A stretch of 64,000 bases of DNA from assembly GCF_036321535.1 (NCBI RefSeq), contig NC_087436.1, positions 106,890,001 through 106,954,000 of the forward strand, written 5' to 3'. Below, in pieces: positions 13,129-24,949 of this stretch (the stretch's first letter is position 1; every line of letters begins with the position of its first letter). The translations under genes and the position numbers were made by a program. Origin of the DNA: Camelus dromedarius. Lineage: Eukaryota. A model generated the notes under the pieces. The model was not told the DNA's origin. It searched no databases and saw only the letters and a program-made list of their open reading frames with translations.

Positions 13129-16100
13129 AAATGGACACAGGAATTCTTTTGGAGGTAATGGATATGTTTATTACTTTTTGGTGATGTATCATGGGTGTAT
13201 GCATATAGCCATATTCATCAAAACATATACATTAAATAAGGGTAATTTTTTATATTAAGTATACTGCAATGAAGCTGAAAAAAAAACATAATGGATTGTT
13301 GAATTTGATCAACTGAACATACAAATAATCCATCATCGAACAATTTACAGTTCACATTTTTATGGAGCGTTTGCCTACTTAACTGGGCCAAAGTATGAAG
13401 TATGCCTCAACAAATCTCAAAGAGTCATTATCATTCTGAGCATATTCTAAGACAACAATGAAATTAAATAAGTAATAAGTAGTAAATTTTAACTTTAAAG
13501 TGATAGTAAAGTAGGAAATTGAAAACTGCAATTTTCCATATAACTCATGGGTCAAAGAAAAACATCAAAATGTAAGTGTAAACATTCTAAAAACTGAATG
13601 ATAATTAAAATACAACACATCAATAATTGAAGGCTACAATTACAAAGCTAATTCAAAAGAAATATAACTCAAATGTTTATATTGAAAGAGAAAAAACTGA
13701 ATGTTTGTTAGAAACCAGATTAAGAGCAGCAGAATAAACTCAGCAAAAGTAAAAATAAATAAATTTAATAAATAGAAGAAATACAATAATAAGAATTGAC
13801 AAAGCCAATTTATATTATTTGAAAAGGCTGATAAAGTAGGCAAACTTGCATAAAAATTGATCAGAAAAGGAAGAGAGGGAGAAAAAAATGAATAAATCAT
13901 TTTTGGAATGTAAAAGGAATATAGCTTAAAAACACATTCAGGATTTGAGACAAAAAGAACATACAATGAACAATCATGACAGTAAATTTGAAATTGAACA
14001 TTAAATTTACCATTTTCTAGCAAAGTAGACTCACTGAAACTCTCTCTGGAAGGTAGAAGAACTAATTATTTTATTACTATTTTTACAATGCATTACTAGT
14101 TTAAAATCTTCTGATGGAGAATAAACCAGGTCTCAAAAATTTACTATCAATTTCAACCAAACATTCCAAAAACAGATCATTCTAGCATCATTTATGTTTT
14201 TAAAAAAGATAAAGAAAGACGGAGCAGGGAAATTATCCATCAAATTTTATGAAGCCAGCACTACCTTGATCTAAAATAAGACAGACAAGGGGTAACATGG
14301 GAGAGGAATATTATGGGCTGATTTTATTCGTGATTATACCTACAAAAATCTCAAAAATGTACATTGACAAAACAAATAGTATACTATGATCCATCAGTTT
14401 CACCTCATGAATGCAGGTTCATTCAATTTTAGGAAAGCTATCACTGTGATTCATCCTATTAAGCATATCAAAGATGAAACAGTTATATGGACATGGAAAC
14501 AAAAGCATAAATTACATTAGGTAAAATTTAATCCCCATGCATGATAAAAACTCTTAACAAGCCAAGTAAAGAAACAAGTGTCTTAAAATGATAAAGACTA
14601 TGTAACCAAAAACTGCAGTGGGATCATATACAAATGTAAGACATTACATTTATTGCCTTTAAACTCAGAAATGAGGTGAGAATGAAGAGGTAACTTTTCT
14701 TTACATTCTTCACTCTCCTTTTTATCATTTACTGAGATCTAGTCATAAGACATAAAAATAGTTTAAAATTTTAAGAATAAACAATAATGTCATTATTCAC
14801 AATTGGATTATCTACACAGAAAGCCTATGTGAACACACTAACAATTTCTTAAAACTAATAAGATTTTATTATATTTTCTGGATACAAGGTCAAATATAAA
14901 AATCGTCTGTACTTCATTTCATTGACAGAAGAGATAGAAAATGTAATTTTAAAATAAGAAAAAGTACATGCTACATAGGAATAAAATTAATGAAAGAGGA
15001 AATTACCTTTACAAGGGAGAATTCCAAACTTTACTCTTAGACATAAAAGAACACCTAAATAATGGTGAGATACACCATGTTCATGAATAAAAATCTGAAC
15101 ATTTTAAAATGTCAATTCTTCTCAAATTAATGTATAAATTTAGTCTAACTCCAATAAAAGTTCCAACAGAGGTTTTTATATGAATTAGATAAACTGATTA
15201 CAAAAGTAATATGGATTTAAAAAAGGCTCAACATTAGCAGACATTTCTGAAGAATAATCATTTGAAAGGACTCGTTATATGCATTAAGCACTTTTTATAA
15301 AAGTATAATAATTAAGACACTTATTGGCACAGACTGGGACAAAGCAAAAAACAGAATAGAATAGAAAGCTAACAAAATAGACCCACATCTTTATGCAAAC
15401 TTGATACATGATAGAGGTAACATTTCAGAGCAGTAAGAAAATAGTGGACTTGTCAATAATGTTACTGAGGCAATTGTTATCTATAGGGGAAACAGTACAA
15501 TTATATCTCTACCTCAAAAACTTTCTTTGGTTTAGGAGATAAATTTGAAAGGTAAAGTTTTACATTTTTAGAATAAAACATGGAAGATTATCTTGATGAC
15601 TTAGTATAGAGAAGGATTTCTAAATACATATAATCAATAAAAGTAAAGAATTAATAAGTGTAGAGATTAACAATTTTTAACTTTCTGGTTATCAAAAAGT
15701 ACCATAAGTAGAGTAAAAAGGTAAGTCATAAATGGAGTGAAGATTTACGAGGCAGTAAAGGACTAGAATGTAATAAAAATCCTATAATCCAAAAATTAAA
15801 AGACAAACAATTCAACGGAAAAATGGACAAGATGCATGAACAAGTACTTAACAAGTGATAAAATACACATGTTAAATAAATATATTAAAAGATGCATAAT
15901 TAGAGAAATAACAATAAAAATCATGATAGGTATAATTTGTAGACTGAAAAAAAATTAAATTTTGACAGTCCCTCAAGTAGGCAAAGATATGAAATAATGG
16001 GAATCTCACATACTGTTGGTAAAAGTTACAGTGCCACAACCAGTCTTTTTGGAAAAAAAACTTGATGTTATTTTATAATGTTGAAGATGTGAATATTTTA

Positions 16101-16659
16101 TAGCTCTAAAATTCCTCCTCTGGGTATGTGCAGGGAATTCTTACTCATTTGCCCCAAAGGACATGTTCAAGAATGTTTGTAAAGCCCATTGTTAATAACC
16201 CATGCCTGGACACACCCCAAAGGTCATCAACAGTAGAATGAATAAAATGTGGTCTATCCATACAAAGGAATACTATACAACTGTGAAAATAAATTATGTA
16301 GACTACACATATAATCCATAACAAAAAGTACATTTCTAAAGAATGATGTAGTATTTTAATGATATTCCAATAGGCAAATTTAAGACAAAAATAAATTTAA
16401 CTGAGTGGTTATCTCTATGATGTAAAGATGGAGATGGAGAAAGCCATGCTGTAGACACTGGCCCTGATAATGTGCTACCTCTTCAGTTGGAATTATGTAA
16501 GAGTTTCTAATACTATTATACATGCATACACAGGCACACACAATATATTTATATATCTTATACTTGTATATTTTACACATATACATATGTATCTTACACA
16601 TATTGAGTATATCATAATTTAAAAAATATTTTTACTAGGCTCAGGGCAAGCCTACTTCA

Positions 16660-17205
16660 TCATTCAGAAGTCCTCTGGTTGCAAGGAAAATAAGCATAAC
16701 CCAAACTGGCCTCAGCAGAAAGTGAATACATTGGTTCAGATAACTGAAATTGCAGGCCAGAAACAATGGCTTCAATGCTGTTCTGTAGATTTGATCTCTT
16801 TGATGGTTCTTGCTTTCTCCAAACTACTGGCTTCATTTTCAGTCTCTTTGTGGCAGTTGTACAGATGCAGTAGCTCCAATTTTATAACTTCACAGGTTCC
16901 ATTCTAGAAGAGAAGGAATAACCACCTTTTATGATCTCACAAACAAAATCTCTAGGATGGGTTCCAACCGGCTTTGAGTCTCTTGGGTTGAGTCATATGA
17001 TTGTCCATCACTGAATCACTCCCTGTGGTCAGAGCACTCAGTGCTTTACCTGGCTTGGTGTGTGCCACATGTTCCACATCTAGAGTCTGTGGTTAAGTGC
17101 TCACCTCCTGAAGGACATGTACTGAGTTTTGGAGTGCTGTTTCCCCAAATCCCATTTAGGGTGCAAAAAACCAAGAAATTGGTAAATGGGATAGAGTAGG
17201 GAAAG
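16660..17205 (-). mobile_element. Old MLT1 (MLT1K-like) LTR
   Basis: ctctggttgcaagg...aacccaaactggc...cattggttcagataactgaaa; catcactgaatcactccctgtggtcagag. Confidence 0.6.
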
Positions 17206-17299
17206 GTGCTCAATCTACCTGCAAAAGCCTATTTAAATTCAAATGAACTATAGTTCAAATAGAACCTAATTACCATTCAGTAATTAATTTATGGAAAGA

Positions 17300-17520
17300 G
17301 CATGCGTTATAGTGGTTAAGGATTTGAGGTTTTTTAATCAGACAGAACTGGGTCAGGTCCCAGCTTTTCCCCATGCTACCTGTGTAACCTTGAGATTTTC
17401 TACAATACGGAAGCTATATTTCTACCTCACTAGAGCGTTGTGAGGATCAAGTAATATATGCAAATTAAGTTCCTACAACATAGCAAATATGCAATAAATG
17501 TAAACTATCTCTATCATTAT
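17300..17520 (+). mobile_element. MIR SINE followed by an (ATC)n-like tail to about 17587
   Basis: atagtggttaagg...tcagacagaactggg...ctacctgtgtaaccttg...ctacctcactagagcgttgtgaggat. Confidence 0.7.
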
Positions 17521-17869
17521 TGTCAACATAATCATAAACTTCATTTTTATCATCATCATCAACATCGTCATCATCACTATTATCATTAACTGAATATTCA
17601 CCAGGAATATGTTCCTTGGGAAACAACTTTCAGAGTTTCTTTCAAGGGTATCAGAAAAAAATCTTCCTCTACATCTCGTATCTCTTTTTTCTTTTACATT
17701 TTTTGTGTGATATTTATCACGATGGATTGTAATTGTGTTTCCATGTCTATTGTCTCACCAGATTGAGATCTTCTCATACATAATGTTTAATTCGTCACAG
17801 TAGGTTTTCATATGGCTCCTTGCACACAATGGGAATGAAGGCACATTATGACATAAAAATGAACACATG

Positions 17870-18100
17870 TTGATTAGGAGCTTAGTATGTGTAAAATACT
17901 ACATGACATATATTATGTACATCGTGCTCTGTCTTCTTCATGAGACCTCCATTATATAAGCAGTGTTGTTCTCATCTTTAAATATAAAGATATTCAGTCA
18001 TTTAATCTGGCTAAAACAAAACATGTTGTAAATTCCAGAGACAGGATTAAAATTCTGTTCTATTTGAATCTCAAAACTATTTCTTTTCCCTCTAAACTAG
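17870..18100 (-). mobile_element. MIR SINE
   Basis: Antisense MIR layout (ctcatctttaaatataaaga...agagacaggattaaaattctgttctatttgaatctcaaa). Confidence 0.5.
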
Positions 18101-18799
18101 CATTTCTAAAACTGCAGAATAAGGTCTTCGGGATTCTTAAGATAAATTTTTCTAGGTCCACATGATCTCTGTGAGCTTTTTGTTTGAGTTTCAGTGATGA
18201 TATTAAATATAAATATGAACATATTCTGGGTGATCGCCTTATAATCTGGTGCTGTTATCATGTTTCAAAGACTCACATTTGTTTTCAACAATGCTGGTAT
18301 CAAGGGAACAACTAAAGTGACAGCCCTTAACTTTCATCACAGTGTTTCACAAACTGGCATCTGCAGACCCCTGAGGATCACTACACTCTACTTGATAAAT
18401 GTTGGTTGAATAAGCAAATGATTAAGTTCTCTTTAGAGAATGGCTCTCCCTGTGGCAGCATCTGGGACTCTTCCTTCCCTCCCAATCCCTTCCTCCTCAT
18501 CAGTCAGTGAAAAGAGGGAGTCCTCAATTTCAAGTTCTATGTTCCATGGCCTTGAGAAGGCAGGGGCTGGAGTCGAGCTGGAAAAGGACCAAGGAGATTG
18601 ACCAGCAGACAGGGTTAAAGGCATCATTAACTAAATCATGGAGGTAACGCCTGAGAAAGCCTGAGTCTGATAACTTTAGTCCATGTAACCTTTAGGAACA
18701 CATATCAAATGTCTGTCCCAGTCCTATTGCCCTACGGATAAAAGAAACCTTTAAAAGCCACAAAAATTAAGCAACCTTATTCTCTCCCATCACCTTTTT

Positions 18800-19200
18800 T
18801 CTCCTCGTTTCATGGTCCCCGATGAAAACAAAGAAGTTCTAAGGTTTTCCAAGAAATGATCCTACTGCAATACACAAATGCGTGTGCAGCGGTACGCATT
18901 TCATCCTGTAAGTCTTCACACTGCATGTCAGTATGTTCTCCCTGTCTTATTTCCTCCTCTTCCCGGAGGGGAACAGCTAACTTTGATTCGTGAGAACCTA
19001 ACGCTGGTAAGACTACACTTTCCCTAGTGGGTGAGGACACTGCGCTGCGGATCACTGCTCACGCTGGGCATGGGCTCTGGACACTGCTTACGCGGGGCGC
19101 GAGCTTTCCCTCTCTGCTCTCTGTTCCCCTGAGATAAGTGCTCCGAAGGAGACCTGCCCTTCCTCCTCTCTTTCTCCCTCATTCTCGGGTAACCGTGTGT
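18800..19200. promoter_or_regulatory. CpG-enriched unique segment, candidate weak promoter or enhancer
   Basis: About 18 CpGs in about 390 bp by hand count (including cgcggggcgcg at 19091-19101), against strong depletion elsewhere; plus-strand donor motifs at 18908, 19007 and 19031. Confidence 0.45.
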
Positions 19201-20539
19201 GAGGCAGGGCTGAGCTGGATCATCAGAGTCTGTTTTGCTGACCCAGCTCTCCCCTCAGGCCTTCACTGAAATAAAAATTAGAAGTTTTCATTAGGCTTTG
19301 GTTGTAAGCTTCATTCTTCAACATACTTTATCAGGATCCCTGCAGTTGGAGGACAACTGGGCACCAACCAAATTAGCCATCAGCAAAGCTAACAACTTGT
19401 CACATTTAGCTAGTGATCCTTGTGTCTATTCTCTGTTTTTGTGACGTGGAGGGAAGGAGGAGTGATGCCCCTGTAGTCTCTGGAATCAGATTTTAAGGGA
19501 TTCTTCCTAGGTCATGCCCTACCTCTTCTTAGTTAGATGCAAAGGTACAAATGGATGACATTCTTCTGGTAGACAAAAGTGGCCTGGGGTCTTTGTGCAA
19601 GAGCCCATGATGACCAAAGATTACCTAAAATATAAACTTCACAGAGACTTAGAGAAAGACATTGGAACAAAGGAGTAACTGTCAGATTTGTTGGGGAAAA
19701 TCTGCCTTCACCATCTATTTTTTTTTAACCTCCCTTGATTAATTCCTAGGGTCTATTTGTACATGAAAGTTACCCCAAAAGTTAGCAAAATGTTGTTCTC
19801 ACCAAGAGAGTTAAAAACAGCCATGATCACATAAATCGAAATCCCTAACACTTAATCTACTGAGCCCAGAACCCATCAAACTGAATACCAGCATTATCAT
19901 TGTGCTTAGAAAATCTAACACTTTCAATAATAGTTTCACTACAAACTTGTAATATCACTACATGGAAATAAATCCAGATATGAAGATATTCTCTAAGTTG
20001 ACCCAAAATATGTGTAATTTTGCTTTAAGGACCAGTAAGCTGCTCATGTGAAGTTAATGTGGCCACTGAAGTAGCCCTGCAGGGTATGGAATTAGGAGTT
20101 TGATAAAAACGCTCTGACAACGAAATCTTATAAAGTAACAGTTGACTACAATAAATGCAAAAATGCAATATTTACTTTAAGTAAGACATGGTCACCAAGC
20201 TGAGGATATTCAGCAAATGGAGCTTCTCAAAAATCCCCAATCCAGGATAGGAATAAAGGAAGGGAGGGAGGGAGAGAAGGAAGAGAAAGAAGTCTGTTAT
20301 GGTTTATTCAAGCTGTAATTGTTCTTTTCTGCATTTGCCTGAAGGACATCAAATTAATGGACAGATAGACAGACAGATATACAGATATATATCCTACAGG
20401 TGTGTGTACATGTATCCCTAAAATATATTTTATCTACATCTATATCTATACATACATGTCTTTAGTATCTCTGTCTGTATCTGCAGATACATAATATACC
20501 TAAAGACATCAAATTGGATATATATATACCTAACATTCA

Positions 20540-20740
20540 AGTGGCAGATTTTGGATACTGGCAGTTTGGTGTTCCAATTACACTTTGTCTGATACTAATT
20601 GAATCTCCTTAGGACTTGGCTTTATCGCATTAAAAATGGGCTTCAACTTACCTGTTTTATAGGATGGTTCCTAGAATTAAATAAAATGACAAGGTACCTG
20701 TTATATGGCAGGCATATAACAAAGTTAAATTTCTCCCCTT
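20540..20740 (+). mobile_element. MIR fragment
   Basis: taaaaatggg...cttacctgttttataggatggttcctagaattaaataaaatga. Confidence 0.5.
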
Positions 20741-21194
20741 CTTAACCTTACCCTCCTTAAATATTCTACTAGGTCAAAAAATCCTTAAGGAGTAGACGTG
20801 TGAACTAAACTTCGTTATTTGCACAAAATAGTTGTTCAAAGAATATTTATTGAGTGTGTTAATGTCTACCTCAAGTTTAAGCTGATCTTGCTAGCGTAAA
20901 GCATCTTGGGCATGGGCATGTTTTTCTGAGTAGTGAAGTTGACCAGCTGCAGAAATTCGGTCGTAGAGGAGTGGAGAGCCTCCTAAAGAAAACGGAGTGA
21001 AGATCTTACATGGGGGCAAACACAAGGTCATGAGATAAACTTGGTATAGAATCCCGAGGCACTGCTTCACTTGAAATTTTTTGTAAAGTGGTTACTTCAT
21101 ACTCTCCCAGGGGAAAACTTCCATGCTTCTCTAGCTAAGGGATATTTGGGTGGAAATGCTTAAGAAACAATGACCTAAATCAGACATCATTTAC

Positions 21195-21487
21195 TAGGTA
21201 CTTAGGAGCCAAATGGAGATGCATTGTTTTTGGCCAAGACTTTTAATAGGTTTTGAATTGGTTGCCAAGATTCAAAAATCAAGTGAGTTCACATAAAAGT
21301 CTGGATTGGGGCTTTACCAGAGAATTTAGGTCTGATTGTGTTTGGCCCACATCCTAGCATGACGGCAATTGGCTCAGGCTGACGGATACTCCCTTTAAAT
21401 AGAAAATGTGACTTCTTTCTTTGCTAAAGGCTCCTCCCAGCCTGATTCACTAATTCATCCCCTCTCTCAGACTTTGCTGCTCCTAGC
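21195..21487 (+). mobile_element. MER102-like hAT-Charlie element
   Basis: tttgaattggttgccaagattcaaaaatcaagtgagttcacataaaagtctggatt...ggcaattggctcaggctga...ccctttaaa. Confidence 0.7.
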
Positions 21488-22542
21488 CCATAGAAAGAGT
21501 CAAGCAGACAGGCTTTGCTCAGTGAGGAGGCATTTTCTACAGGAAAATAATGTGTGATGCACAGCTTTTTACTTGCTTGGGTCTCGTGTTCATCTTACCA
21601 TGTTCTTCTCAGAGACTCATGGAGAGCCAGGGACTGAAACTGTAAACTAAATGGGTTGATAACAATTCTGAATTTTCCTGGAGGGACACAGAACTGTGAA
21701 TAGGTACCGGCATATCAAAGTATACCTGTAATTAAAGAGGAAAGTATATTTTTTCCCCACCACTGCCTGGAACACAGGCGGCATTGTTTATGAGTTTTCC
21801 AAAATACTCTGCAAGTTGTCCAATAAATTTGTAAAAGTGCCTGAGCAGTGTCCTGCAGGAGATGACATAACAGGGAGAAGCTGTGCCCAGAAAACACGAA
21901 GATGCCTAAGAGAAGATGCCAGACCTAGCTTTGAGAAAGGAACGGTAGAAGCCTGGAGATGGGACCTGTTAATAAGCACATATAAGCCCATCCCCCACAT
22001 CTATCTAATAAATCTCTAAAATGTATCAGTAGTGGAACAAGCTGCCGGAGCTTGAGTCTCTGTTTAAGCCCATGGGACTGACAGCTAAGGAAATACAGGA
22101 TACAAAGAAATGAATGGTAATTTGCAGGCAAGCTACTAGAGTCTAATATTATTTTTGGACCTCTCTGCACCATTACTTTTAAATAAAGTGGAGAGGAATG
22201 AGTGTTAATACAAGTGTAGAATTACACTACAAGTTCTATTTGTATGTAGCCCTGCCATTCAGGCAAAAAAGGTAATAATGACTTAGAGATCAGATTGGCT
22301 CACTGGAGCACAGCAGTAGCAAAGAAAAGCCCCAAATGATTTAAACAGAAGAAAGAAAAGGAAGGCAAGATTGGCCTTTTTACATTCAGCCGCATTTCCT
22401 TTACTTAGTCTTACTAGCAGCTATTAAAAAAATTCTTTTCACCAAAATATTTAATTCATGAATTAATTCATGAGGGATAAATGAAGACATTTTTAATTTC
22501 TTGTGAAAGTGAGAATGTGAATTATTACTTTTCATTTTTTAG

Positions 22543-22678
22543 GATATTCATCAGAATTACTTTGAAAAAGGCTTCCATATTTCAAATGTTCGATGATCTC
22601 CACTCTACTTTCCGGTCCTCAGCAGTCCATGGACCCAGCCACCGCACACACCCGCAGGGCACCCCCATCGCCTGACAG
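22543..22678 (+). other. Candidate spliced exon (136 nt) with possible start codon at 22629 (MDPATAHTRRAPPSPD, phase 2)
   Basis: Acceptor ttacttttcattttttag|G; donor CAG|GTGCGG; local CpG and GC rise; ATGG frame open to the donor. Confidence 0.35.
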
Positions 22679-24689
22679 GTGCGGGTGCATAAGCACGTGC
22701 TGGACATGGACTTACTCCAACATCAAGTCTATTTAGTGACTTATCCTCATCAAGTCTTTAAAGCATTTCAATCAGCTTTATCGAATCTACAGTTCTCCTT
22801 TCACACTCACGTATAATCAGTTTGCCCATTTAATTAACTGGCACAATCACGCTGAAAAGCACAACTAACATGCACACAAAAAAATTAGGAACAAACACAA
22901 TGGGTTCTTCGTAGACCACTTGGGTGGGAGGTATTTGATGTGGGATGTGTGTTTTAGAGGTGGGATGGAGGGGTTGATTATTCTGGCAAGTTGATCAGAT
23001 TGAGACAGGTTTGAGAGAACCTTTTCCGAATTACCTAGACTTATGTGCAGATATAACGAAAGGCTATGCAGTGATATAGCAGCTGTCTTCAGTAATTCCT
23101 TGTTCACTTATAATACCCAATGGCTAGAAATGCCGGATATGTTGTAACATCCTAACTCATATTTTTTAATGAATACATGATAAATGTATACATTTTCATA
23201 AGACTATAAAATCTAGGTATCTGTACTAAGCACCTATCTTTGTTTTCTTTGCTGCTAAAATATTTATATTCTTTTATAAGTGACTTTGCTAATTGAAAAA
23301 TGCAGGAGTTACTGACAACATTCCAGATTCCAATTATCCAGCAGCTGATTGATAAAATTTTCTTCTAATGCTATTATCCTAAACTCAAATATTCTTTTTC
23401 TCAGGGTTGTTGTCAAGAGTCGTCCCCCACACTGTTGTTGTTGCTACTGGCTGGTCTTTATGTAACAGTGCATCCTTTTCAAAAACTTGCAAGGGTGGGA
23501 GTGAAGAGAGAGGACTGGGAAAGCAGGTACCATGTTACTGCTATACATCTGTATCTAGCACATTGATTTGGCAAAAAAGATAAATTATTGAATGAATGAA
23601 TAAATGAATGAATAAACTGTTCTAGGAGCTCAGGGGAAAAGCACAAATCACAGAAATGTACCCCTCAATGTCCCTCAACGTCTTAGTAACAAAACCTGGT
23701 AGAAGGTCCAGGAACAAGAACCTATGTCCCCATTTAGGGAAAAAAGAAACAAAAGAGACCTTTGATTTTAAGAAAAAATCTATGCAATTCCATGATGGAA
23801 TAGAGCAATTTGAGAGTGGTTGCCATGGTTCTGAGTTACAAGAAAGATCATCAAGTGATTTCATGAGAATATGATGTTGACGGCGTAAGGACTTGGTTGC
23901 AAAAGTCATGGAATCTGATAGCAAAGGGCCTTGGTGGTCTCTGACTTTGCGTATCTGACCTCTTAACACCCAAACTCCTAAGGCGGCTGTGGAAACAAAT
24001 CGGTCCGGGATCTGGCATGCTGGGCTTGAGAGGCGATAGGAGCCTCTCTCCTGCCCTCTGCTGGTTCCTCTCACATCCCACCCACACTTTCTCCTCAGAT
24101 GTGTGAGCTACAGGGTCAAGGTGTGATTCATCTCTCCCTGTACTGAGATCGCTCTTCTGGCCAGGAATAGGGGTAATGAGCACTCACTGCTAATGACTTG
24201 CAAGCAAAATGAATATTAGCCTGGACAAATCTGCCTTTGCATTATGAAATCTTTGGAACTTACATTGAATGAATAAGATCTTTGCTGTCCTAACCAAGAT
24301 CTCTGTATTTGGCAGATCAAAAGTAGCTAGAGGGGAACTTTCAACCAATGGAAATTTTCAAAGCCAAATGAGTGAGTCAGTAAGTTTACAGAAGGAAAAA
24401 AAAATTAGTTGTGTTCTGTTCTAAGTAAGGCTGAGAGATAAGGCAGTCCACTTCAGCATGGAACACATGGAAGCTTATTGTAGCAACTTGAGAAAATTGT
24501 TTCTTTGCAGTGTGATTTCATTATTTAATTTGAATTTGAGTGAATTTCTACATAATCAGGGATGCCAGTTTCTACAAATTAGTAGAAACTATATCCCCAT
24601 ATAAAATCGAACTTATGAAATGATTATTAGTTTGTAATACTAATTTCAGATTCTCTAGATGTCTACACCCCTCCAGGATTCTAATACTG

Positions 24690-24942
24690 ATAATAACAAC
24701 CACCCCTTACTGAGCTTTTCAACTGTGCCAGGCACCCTGCTGGGCCCTCCCTATGCATTCTCTTTGATTCCTGCAACATTCCCTACTAACTTAGGCGTTA
24801 TTCTCATTATACTGATGAGGAAACCAAGGCTCAGAGAGGGCAAACAATTTGTCCAAGCCACACAGCTAATGAATAGCTGAACAGAGAATGAAACCCAGCT
24901 TTGTTTGACATGACACCAAAGCGTATGTTTTCCCTTTACACT
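24690..24942 (-). mobile_element. MIR (MIRb-like) SINE
   Basis: cttactgagc...tgtgccaggcac...gatgaggaaaccaaggctcagagagggcaaacaatttgtccaagccacacagcta. Confidence 0.85.
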
Positions 24943-24949
24943 CTTCTTC

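Larger units (their letters stand above)
11950..13288 (+). mobile_element. L1MB/L1MA-type 3' UTR, split into 11950-12120 and 13130-13288
   Basis: tacaagatgaatatgtcctagaaggctgctgtacaac...tagatctcacgttaagagttctta, resuming at ggacacaggaattcttttggaggtaatggatatgttt...caatgaagctgaaaaaaaaa. Confidence 0.7.
9700..16627 (+). mobile_element. Near full-length, decayed ancient L1 (L1ME/L1MD-like), split by nested L1s
   Basis: ORF 10471-10689 (LNNRLDLAKDRISAPEDGSNEITHNEAK) matches the L1 ORF1p coiled coil; A-rich degenerate ORF2 from about 11500 resumes at about 13290; 3' UTR to about 16627. Confidence 0.8.

Noticed and set aside
19087..19097. Minus-strand donor CGC|GTAAGC
   Set aside because: Poor exonic consensus and no partner exon found; the plus-strand signals are stronger
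23622..24183. 150-aa and 110-aa minus-strand ORFs
   Set aside because: No recognisable protein similarity, they overlap a probable MIR remnant, and no clear splice context
24567..24590. 9-bp stem hairpin agtttctac / gtagaaact
   Set aside because: AT-rich and short; expected by chance
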